From the IMG/VR virus record IMGVR_UViG_3300026097_000009, positions 90,862 to 154,861 of that record: a stretch of 64,000 bases of DNA, one strand, 5' to 3'. The stretch comes from a virus. The notes below the pieces were generated by a model. The model worked only from the letters and a program-made list of their open reading frames with translations, did no database searches and was not told the DNA's origin. Position 1 is the first letter of the stretch, and the number at the start of each line of letters is the position of its first letter. Positions 48,603-55,770 of this stretch are shown one piece after another. Both the position numbers and the translations under genes were made by a program.

Positions 48603-48987
48603 AGAGTTCTTCCTTGATATATCTTTTTAGTTCTTTATCTTCTACATCTGCTGGGATATCATTTTGATAAAAGATTCTGTAACTGTCTGAACCGTATTTT
48701 CCAATACCGCACAGATCCAAAGCATCTTTCTTGTCCCAGTTAATATATTGTAAACTCATTTTCCAGATACGTCTAGCTCTTACATTTTGCATACCGAGCG
48801 GTTCTAATTGTTCTGCGATTTCGTCTACAGTGGCATACAGCAACAGTCCTGCCGTAGGCCAACGCTCAAAAAATTCTGTGAGCACAGGCTTTGTTTGCCG
48901 TCTGTCAACTTGGTTAAGGCAAATGACACCAACCATGTGTTGCCATTCGCACTCAACTTGCTGTTGTACCATTAGTTCGTCTTTCAT
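48595..48987 (-). CDS. MBD4-like HhH DNA glycosylase
   Basis: WQHMVGVICLNQ..LEPLGM..RA..LCGIGKYGSDSYRIF..EDKELKRY, matching the MBD4 catalytic-domain pattern. Confidence 0.85.
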   Translation of the reverse strand: MKDELMVQQQVECEWQHMVGVICLNQVDRRQTKPVLTEFFERWPTAGLLLYATVDEIAEQLEPLGMQNVRARRIWKMSLQYINWDKKDALDLCGIGKYGSDSYRIFYQNDIPADVEDKELKRYIKEELCA

Positions 48988-49587
48988 TTAAATTTCTGCC
49001 TTACAATTAAATGCAATTGTGATTCTTTCACGCTCGCCTTTATGTTCATTTACGCCGTGTTCAAAGTAACTAGGAAAAATATAAAGCCTGCCTGTTTTAG
49101 TTTCGCATTGCATCGATTTTGCAGTATATTGATTTTCACCGGTTTTGTAATGCCAGGGCCAGTTTGAATCTTTGTTTTTGTCTAAGAATTCAATCGGACT
49201 GCTATCTTCGTCTGACTGAACATAAAAAACCCCACTCCATAAATTAGGAAGATGGTTGTGAGATCCATGCCAGCTATTTTTTTCTCCAACAGTAGCCCAG
49301 CTATCGGAAATATAAACTTTTCCTTTAAGTTGAACTGTGTTATGAACTGTCTGCACCATATCAACAATAAAATTTTTAATTTTTTCTAGCTCTTCATGAT
49401 CTAAGAAATTTTGCAGAGTGCGGTATGTTGTAAACCCGTGACCTTTATAGTTTCCGTCATTTACTTCTTTATATAACAAAATACGTTCGATAATCTCTTT
49501 TTGAATTTCGTCGGGCAAGTCAAAATCGCACCAGAAAAGCCCGGCAGGAAAGCAATCATGCCTAAACAATTCTAGTTTGTCTGTCAT
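48988..49587 (-). CDS. Putative 2OG-Fe(II) oxygenase (HxH...H type)
   Basis: HGSHNH..WSGVFYV..LYIFPSYFEHGV..RITIAFN. Start reassigned to MTDKLE (49587). Confidence 0.8.
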   Translation of the reverse strand: MTDKLELFRHDCFPAGLFWCDFDLPDEIQKEIIERILLYKEVNDGNYKGHGFTTYRTLQNFLDHEELEKIKNFIVDMVQTVHNTVQLKGKVYISDSWATVGEKNSWHGSHNHLPNLWSGVFYVQSDEDSSPIEFLDKNKDSNWPWHYKTGENQYTAKSMQCETKTGRLYIFPSYFEHGVNEHKGERERITIAFNCKAEI

Positions 49588-49685
49588 AGTAAAAAGTCCT
49601 GCACAAATCCTAGTACTCCTAATGCTAGAGCACAAACTAATAAACCTTTTGCCATATTAACAGCAACAATATCTAAATCATTCAT
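49584..49685 (-). CDS. 33-aa hydrophobic peptide (not in ORF track)
   Basis: MNDLDIVAVNMAKGLLVCALALGVLGFVQDFLL; ATGA overlaps with both folE and the oxygenase gene. Confidence 0.6.
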   Translation of the reverse strand: MNDLDIVAVNMAKGLLVCALALGVLGFVQDFLL

Positions 49686-50380
49686 CGTGGTGCAAACTCC
49701 TGTTGTAGTTTGATATTGTCAAAAAACTCTTTCTTTGTTCCTGCGTCATCTTTAAACGCACCTTTCAGCACAGTTGTCTGTGTAAGACTGCTATGTGCCA
49801 TAATGCCACGATTTTCGCAACAACCATGCACCGCCTGGACATACACACCTACGTTTTCGCTACCAGTAGCTCGCATAATTTCACGAGCAATGTCATTACA
49901 CAGTTCTTCTTGTAGTGTGCCACGTCGAGCACACCACTGTGCAATGCGAGTATACTTAGATAATCCAATCAGTGTATCTGCGGCAATAATACCAATATAT
50001 GCTACACCTGTAACAGGCTGGTGATGATGACTACACATGCTTTTAAGTTCGCTTCGAACCACAAGCATGCCTTCATATTTTTCATTGGTAATGTCATCTG
50101 GCTCGTTAGGGAATGCTGTAGCATCCGGACGATAGTCATAGCGTCCTGCCATGATCTCATTAAAGTACATCTTAGCCAGTCGACGTGCTGTACCTTTTGA
50201 GTTAGGATCTGTGTGTCGATCGATGATCAGTGTGTCTAGTACAGTTTCAAATGCTTCTGTAGCTTCGTCGATCAATTGTTCTTTGTCGCCGCTTTGTAGC
50301 AAGCGAGCAATGTTGTCGCCAGCCCAGTAACGCTTGTCTGCATTTTTACAGCGTTCGATAATTTCTTCGTATTTCTTCAT
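49682..50380 (-). CDS. folE: GTP cyclohydrolase I
   Basis: TARRLAKMY, SMCSHH, GLSKYTRI, RRGTLQEEL and HGCCENRGI motifs. Confidence 0.92.
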   Translation of the reverse strand: MKKYEEIIERCKNADKRYWAGDNIARLLQSGDKEQLIDEATEAFETVLDTLIIDRHTDPNSKGTARRLAKMYFNEIMAGRYDYRPDATAFPNEPDDITNEKYEGMLVVRSELKSMCSHHHQPVTGVAYIGIIAADTLIGLSKYTRIAQWCARRGTLQEELCNDIAREIMRATGSENVGVYVQAVHGCCENRGIMAHSSLTQTTVLKGAFKDDAGTKKEFFDNIKLQQEFAPR

Positions 50381-50415
50381 TGTTTCTCCGAGTTAATGCG
50401 GTGGATCGCACATGT

Positions 50416-51507
50416 TTATTTTAAATTATTTAGAAGGTTTTCGCAACTGAAATAATTTTTCTTAAGTATATCTACCTGTTTATTTAGGCTAGGAAGATAA
50501 GAATCATAATTTTCTACATAGTCTTGAACACGAGCAACAACCTTGTCTCTGTTTGCTTTATAAGCCGCAAAGTCCTCTGTCCATTCTGAAGGGTATTTAA
50601 AATCGTCCACAGCCATTTCTGTATAGCTTAATCTATCAGGAACCATAGGAATAGTATCTACTAATGCTCCTTCGTACCAACTAATACCCAATGTTTCTTG
50701 TAAGTTAGCTGAGAACACAAGTTTAGCACGACCTAGCAAGTTGTGATATTCATTCTTTGTAAGTTGTTGATCCTGACAAACTACAAATTCGTATTGTGGA
50801 AGCTGTTCTTTTAAATCACGGAATATATCAACTTGTTTTTCAGGAGCGATACGATGCGGGAACAACACAATATCTTCCTTGGGCATGCCTTTATACAGTG
50901 TGAACATATCATCCATGTATTCCATAGGCCAGCCTGTTTTTACAATTCTTCCGTTTTCTTTTAAGGCAGTTATTGTTTGATTCGCCCATGGCATATTTTC
51001 ATTGCTTGCAAAAACCATAGTGTCTGCAAACATGTTAATATGAAAGTTAGTAGCAAAGTAGTTGTGATGCGCGGCAGCAAAAAACGATTTTTCAGCATGT
51101 CTTACCCACGGAGCATCTCCAATCAGTCTGCCTAAAAAGTCTTGAGGATCATAACTACCAGCATGCCACAATGCGTGAATTCTTACGCCAATGCCAAGTA
51201 GCTCTGCCATATAACGTAAGTTAATAATGCCAGGATGCCAAGCATCAGTAAAAATAAAATGATCGCCGCTGGCAACGTCCCCGGCTGTGAATAGTCTAGA
51301 GATCTTTTCAACCTGCGAAGCTTTGTAGATATTAGTACCACCAAAGTTAAGAAACGCACCTGGAGTAGTAGCAGATGGTATGTCAGTTGGACCTTCAATA
51401 ACTTCAACATCAAACCCTTTATTACGAAGCAGTACAGGCAAGTGGGTTTTCCACTCGCCTGTGTATCTTGTTTCTACTGCCTCAATGTCAACAATAAAAA
51501 CTTTCAT
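50416..51507 (-). CDS. GT-B fold (GT4-like) glycosyltransferase
   Basis: FPHRIAPEKQ and ETLGISWYE (E-x7-E) donor-binding motifs. Confidence 0.8.
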   Translation of the reverse strand: MKVFIVDIEAVETRYTGEWKTHLPVLLRNKGFDVEVIEGPTDIPSATTPGAFLNFGGTNIYKASQVEKISRLFTAGDVASGDHFIFTDAWHPGIINLRYMAELLGIGVRIHALWHAGSYDPQDFLGRLIGDAPWVRHAEKSFFAAAHHNYFATNFHINMFADTMVFASNENMPWANQTITALKENGRIVKTGWPMEYMDDMFTLYKGMPKEDIVLFPHRIAPEKQVDIFRDLKEQLPQYEFVVCQDQQLTKNEYHNLLGRAKLVFSANLQETLGISWYEGALVDTIPMVPDRLSYTEMAVDDFKYPSEWTEDFAAYKANRDKVVARVQDYVENYDSYLPSLNKQVDILKKNYFSCENLLNNLK

Positions 51508-51713
51508 CGTCTATTGTAGTTATTATTGTTGTGCTTGTGTTTGCTAACATTTGGACGCTTTTTAAAACCGTTCTTATAGTTTAAGAAAGCCCTCCAATTC
51601 CAATTGCTCTTTTTATAAAGATGAGCAGGGTTAAACTCACGAAGTTCCCACCGACAAAAATGGTGGTACTCTTCAAGATCGTTGAAGATTTTTTCAACTT
51701 GTTGTTTCATCAT
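51504..51713 (-). CDS. Hypothetical protein
   Basis: 69 aa with an AAGGA SD; ATGA overlap with the GT gene. Confidence 0.7.
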   Translation of the reverse strand: MMKQQVEKIFNDLEEYHHFCRWELREFNPAHLYKKSNWNWRAFLNYKNGFKKRPNVSKHKHNNNNYNRR

Positions 51714-51722
51714 AATTCCTTA

Positions 51723-52127
51723 TTAATATTTGATGAATGATCCATTTTCTCCGTCTTCGGAGACCTCAATCCAAACCTCACGGCCTGGGTATTGCTCTAC
51801 AATTTGCTGATGTAATTCATCAGAAATCATTTCGCAACTCTTGTGATTCAGTTCCAATATGGAAGTTGAATGGTCAACTTCTTCATAGAGACGTTGCAAC
51901 CAACGCTTGAACTGAATAAACTCAATGTCTCGATCGTCGTGAAACACTTCGATCCAAACTTTAAACTTGAAAATGTGTCTGTGTAGATAACCAAGGAAAC
52001 TTACATCGTCCCAATCACCTGTTGCCAGTTTGGGATCAGTGTCTGCACCTGGATAGTAATGAACTCCTTCCTTGTCGAAAGTCACCCAAATCATTTTCTT
52101 AGGACGAGTGTCTTGTTTAATAATCAT
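51723..52127 (-). CDS. QueD-like T-fold protein of the LxxxHRHxF type (DpdL-like, proposed CDG decarboxylase)
   Basis: LGYLHRHIF replaces the QueD CxxxHGH; SCEMI and VSEDGENG align with QueD C-terminal motifs; sits in the folE/queE/dpdA context. Confidence 0.7.
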   Translation of the reverse strand: MIIKQDTRPKKMIWVTFDKEGVHYYPGADTDPKLATGDWDDVSFLGYLHRHIFKFKVWIEVFHDDRDIEFIQFKRWLQRLYEEVDHSTSILELNHKSCEMISDELHQQIVEQYPGREVWIEVSEDGENGSFIKY

Positions 52128-52720
52128 AAGCCTTCAAATAAATTCCTTCTGGTAGTTTTAGTTCTTGATAGTGATTCAAATTCTTTCATAGCTTTATTGC
52201 TGATTCTATATCTATATGATCCTTCACTAACATAACCGTCTAGTACAGCGGTTTTACAATCGCTGGTGATATTTTTTCGTGTGTCGCCGTTTAGAATTTT
52301 ATCTCGAAGATTGTCGTATGCCTTTTCTAATTGTTCTTGTATTTCTGGCAAATCTAAATCGATACAAGTAGCGCCAACTACTTCATCAAAATCCGCATCC
52401 CATTCTACAGTATTTCGATTAAGTGTCTTTTTATAATATCTGGTTTTGTACCAGTTTTTTGTATTTTTGATATCTTTCACAGTCATTGATCCGGTGTTAT
52501 GAGCGGCTTTGCTACCACGCTTTCTTGTTTTATTTTCCACACCTTCAATTGGTAAATCAACATCGCCAAATTTATCAATGCTATATCCGTTTTCTAACAA
52601 TGTATCGTCGACCCACCTTCCTACATCACCGTCATTTTTAGGACTCGGAATTTGATCACCTACTTTTACATTGTTCTTGAGAGTTTTTACCCTATAAGTT
52701 TGTTTTTGGTATTCGGTCAT
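52124..52720 (-). CDS. Putative PD-(D/E)xK endonuclease
   Basis: GDVGRWVD...VDLPIEGVENKTRK spacing resembles type II restriction / MutH-like nucleases. Confidence 0.45.
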   Translation of the reverse strand: MTEYQKQTYRVKTLKNNVKVGDQIPSPKNDGDVGRWVDDTLLENGYSIDKFGDVDLPIEGVENKTRKRGSKAAHNTGSMTVKDIKNTKNWYKTRYYKKTLNRNTVEWDADFDEVVGATCIDLDLPEIQEQLEKAYDNLRDKILNGDTRKNITSDCKTAVLDGYVSEGSYRYRISNKAMKEFESLSRTKTTRRNLFEGL

Positions 52721-53229
52721 TTTAAAACCTCATCGCCTTTGTATTTTTCCCAAGGTGTGAAAACATTTGTATCCATTAGATCGTGCAGTCGATGACACCA
52801 TACACCTGGATTGCTTGCACGAAAATCTTTGTCGTCGATCTTGATCATTGTGTTGTAGTTCCACTGACCGATGTAAGGCAGTGGCACACGAATCTGCGGA
52901 ATAAAATAGTCGGATTCAGTGAGAGGACCTTCTAGAAACTGTTCTGCATAACTGATTGGAATATCCAGTGTGCAGAGATAGTCCTCATTGAGAAAGTCCA
53001 TGATCATGGCTTCCCAAGAATCCCAGTCGTCAAATGACTTGGGGTTGAAACTGTGATTCGCACCAAAGAAGATGTGTTCAATGCCTTCACAGTGTTCGAG
53101 GATTTCTGCAGTGTCCTGTATGCCTGTGACAAACAGTGTTCTCATACCGTATGCCGGAGTCTTTTCAACTTCGATGCCTCGGAAGAACACTACGTCTTCT
53201 GCAACGCCAGATTCATAATCTCTTTTCAT
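52717..53229 (-). CDS. Hypothetical protein in the deazaguanine locus
   Basis: 170 aa (GIEVEKTPAYGMRTLFV, HIFFGANHSF, KIDDKDF..NPGVW); ATGA-coupled on both sides. Confidence 0.8.
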   Translation of the reverse strand: MKRDYESGVAEDVVFFRGIEVEKTPAYGMRTLFVTGIQDTAEILEHCEGIEHIFFGANHSFNPKSFDDWDSWEAMIMDFLNEDYLCTLDIPISYAEQFLEGPLTESDYFIPQIRVPLPYIGQWNYNTMIKIDDKDFRASNPGVWCHRLHDLMDTNVFTPWEKYKGDEVLK

Positions 53230-53435
53230 TCGTTATCCAAATCCATAACTTCGTGGGTTTGTTCGTGTTGCTGTTTATACAGTTTAGCAAGTTCGTCTTT
53301 AAGATGCAACCTCTTTTTCTTTTTTTCTGTCAACCCTAAATCATCGAAAGCTTGACCTTTTTCAATACGATCTATTTCTTTATTTAGGTATGCGTGTGTT
53401 TCTTCTAAAAATTTGATTCTATCTGCCAATGTCAT
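53226..53435 (-). CDS. DUF465/YdcH-like coiled-coil protein
   Basis: LEETHAYLNKEI...KKKRLHLKDEL. Confidence 0.7.
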   Translation of the reverse strand: MTLADRIKFLEETHAYLNKEIDRIEKGQAFDDLGLTEKKKKRLHLKDELAKLYKQQHEQTHEVMDLDNE

Positions 53436-54986
53436 TTACTTCTCCTTAAGAGATTCCTCTAATCTATCAAGTTCTAGATCTTCACGATCATCTGTCCACG
53501 GCTCTTCTTCTTCGCCTTCGTCGTTGACTTCGACAAACATGCGATTATACTCATTTGTCACACCGCCACGCAAACGAGCACCTTCTAGATCTTTTAAGAA
53601 ACTGTCTGCTTCTTTGATCATTGCAAATGCAGATTCTTTAGAATCACAGTCAAACAGTTCTTCCACAAACCGATCAAAGTATAGAATGTTGCGTGGTACC
53701 CAATCTGAATACTCATCACTCTTGTCTGCTTGCTTGACTTTCTTCCACTGTCTCCAATCTGGCTGTGCTTTTGCACGTTCAATATCCATTAGATTGTTAG
53801 CACGTTGTACTGCTACAATATGGCAGTATACATTGTGATTCATCATAAGTGCGTATGCAAACGAATCCCACGATGTTTTACCTTCCTTGCCGATCTTGTT
53901 AAGCATACCGGGTGCATAGTGACAGATATCAGCAACGGTTAATCGTCTGCCAATTTCTGACTCGAACGGGAATGGAATATCGTGTCGTTCTGCAAGTGCC
54001 TTGTTATCCGGAGCTTTGTCCATAATAACCGCCCAACGCTTTGCACTGTGCTGTGCATTAGTGTATACCAGTCCATGTGCTGTTGCAATAAACGGAGAAG
54101 CACAATCGAAACTGATAGTGAAGTTTTCATTCACATGCTTGCGAACTTGACGCTGAATAGAAGTTAAGTAGCACGACCAATCAAGTTGTGCAGTACCTAG
54201 GAAGTGCATCCAATCCTTGCCTTCCAGCATGCCGTCGAACTTCATGGTGATCAATCTTCGCAGTGTAATAGGCATCTTGCACATATTAGCACCGCCCATT
54301 GCCCAACCTTCGCAGGCCTTATCACCCCATACTGAAGGATCTGAAAACTCTTTAACACCTTCATACCACTCTTCCGCAGTTTCCCAATCCGAACCTTGCA
54401 AGACATTTAGGAACTTAGTTTGGCCTAATCTGCGCTCTAACCAGTATTTGTTGTTGAAGCGAGTCTTTTCCAAGCAATCTTCAAAACTCTTTAATCCAGT
54501 TTTCGGACTGTGAATATGATCGCATGCCCAAGTCGGAACATCAAGCGTCATTGACCAATCCGCCGTAAGTTCAAGCCAATTGAGGATTTTGTCACGAGTC
54601 TTGTTTGCTTCTGGGCCTTCAAAGTTTAACCAATCAAACTTGAGAATGCCTTTACCTACCTGATATCCGCCGGAGTCTCCTAAGATCATCGAAGTTGATC
54701 GATCTCTGTCGTGGATCATTGCATCTTGCACAAGACTTTTCTGTAAATCTAATTGTGCATGACCTGCAGAATACAACCCGTAGTCGTAAGTAAAATAGCC
54801 CTGTTCTTTGTTTAGAAAGTTCATGCCTTCAATACCACGATCAAACCCTTGAGGAATACGATCAGTGGGCACAAATTCTTCCTGCCTTTGCTTTGCAATG
54901 TATGTGCTAAAGAAACTGCTAATAGCAGGCAAATACACAGCATAGTCTTTCTGTAATGGTGTAAGATTTACTGGTGGATTCTTCAT
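53436..54986 (-). CDS. dpdA: TGT-fold DNA-guanine transglycosylase (DpdA-like)
   Basis: GDSGGYQ, MTLDVP, VLQG, AMGG, HFLG, SFDCAS and late HN motifs; clustered with folE and queE and coupled to the clamp gene. Confidence 0.8.
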   Translation of the reverse strand: MKNPPVNLTPLQKDYAVYLPAISSFFSTYIAKQRQEEFVPTDRIPQGFDRGIEGMNFLNKEQGYFTYDYGLYSAGHAQLDLQKSLVQDAMIHDRDRSTSMILGDSGGYQVGKGILKFDWLNFEGPEANKTRDKILNWLELTADWSMTLDVPTWACDHIHSPKTGLKSFEDCLEKTRFNNKYWLERRLGQTKFLNVLQGSDWETAEEWYEGVKEFSDPSVWGDKACEGWAMGGANMCKMPITLRRLITMKFDGMLEGKDWMHFLGTAQLDWSCYLTSIQRQVRKHVNENFTISFDCASPFIATAHGLVYTNAQHSAKRWAVIMDKAPDNKALAERHDIPFPFESEIGRRLTVADICHYAPGMLNKIGKEGKTSWDSFAYALMMNHNVYCHIVAVQRANNLMDIERAKAQPDWRQWKKVKQADKSDEYSDWVPRNILYFDRFVEELFDCDSKESAFAMIKEADSFLKDLEGARLRGGVTNEYNRMFVEVNDEGEEEEPWTDDREDLELDRLEESLKEK

Positions 54987-55720
54987 GATGCCTGCGCTGG
55001 AATAATGTATTTGTAGTTTGCCAATCCTGAATCTAGTGTGATCTGGATTGCACCTTCGTTTGATAAACTCATTTTTGTGTTGTTTACATCAGCAATTTTA
55101 AGAATTGCAAGAATTTGTGATACAGGCCAAGCCCATCCTTTATCCATTTTGCCATCTACGCCCATTGCAAATACAAATTCGCCGCCGTGTGTGCTTGCAT
55201 CTCCAAACACAAACTTTAAGTTGCCGTCTTCTGTTTTAGCAACAAACGTAGGATGTTCAGAGTTTGCACCTGCCTGGAAGTTAAAACGCTGTACTGCCGC
55301 AACACTAGGCTCGATTTCTACATCCCAGTTTACACCACGGAACTTCACAGTCTTCATCTTTTCGTTGATGATTTCTTGATTCATAAAGCGATAATCGTTT
55401 TTAAAATCACCTGCCGCATTTTCGAAGTGAATCCCAACAGGAATGTCAACACCGTTGCGTTCTGCATTTTTGATTGTGATCTTTGCGTCTTCTTTGTACT
55501 CAGCACCGTCTAGCAGATACTTCAGCTTTTGCAGTGCAGGCATACCGAACACACCCATCATATCCGGGTAAGTGTTGTGTGTTTCTGCTTCCATAATGAC
55601 AGAACGATCGTCTGCCATAGAGTTGAACACAGTCTTGTCTTCCGAACCTGTGACCTTTACGGTTGTAAGGAAACCAAGATTCTGTGTGTGATTTACAATG
55701 TCTTGTAAGATGTCTTTCAT
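54983..55720 (-). CDS. Sliding clamp (T4 gp45-like)
   Basis: 245-aa alpha/beta protein directly downstream of the DNA polymerase; ends in clamp-like strands (GAIQITLDSGLANYKYIIPA). Confidence 0.7.
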   Translation of the reverse strand: MKDILQDIVNHTQNLGFLTTVKVTGSEDKTVFNSMADDRSVIMEAETHNTYPDMMGVFGMPALQKLKYLLDGAEYKEDAKITIKNAERNGVDIPVGIHFENAAGDFKNDYRFMNQEIINEKMKTVKFRGVNWDVEIEPSVAAVQRFNFQAGANSEHPTFVAKTEDGNLKFVFGDASTHGGEFVFAMGVDGKMDKGWAWPVSQILAILKIADVNNTKMSLSNEGAIQITLDSGLANYKYIIPAQAS

Positions 55721-55741
55721 TTATTTTCTCCGTATAATGAT

Positions 55742-55770
55742 AGTATATAGGTTTGTTTAGTCAAAGTCAA
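55742..55770 (-). promoter_or_regulatory. Sigma70-type promoter for the clamp-dpdA operon
   Basis: TTGACT-N17-TATACT followed by a GGAG SD and the ATG at 55720. Confidence 0.75.

Noticed and set aside
51723-52127. Canonical QueD
   Set aside because: The catalytic CxxxHGH is replaced by LxxxHRHxF, so QueD activity cannot be assumed. A true QueD may lie outside the window or be supplied by the host.
53436-54986. tRNA-guanine transglycosylase (Tgt) for queuosine tRNA modification
   Set aside because: No CxCxxC zinc site or FMPVGT motif of bacterial Tgt; coupling to the clamp and polymerase favours a DNA-acting DpdA.
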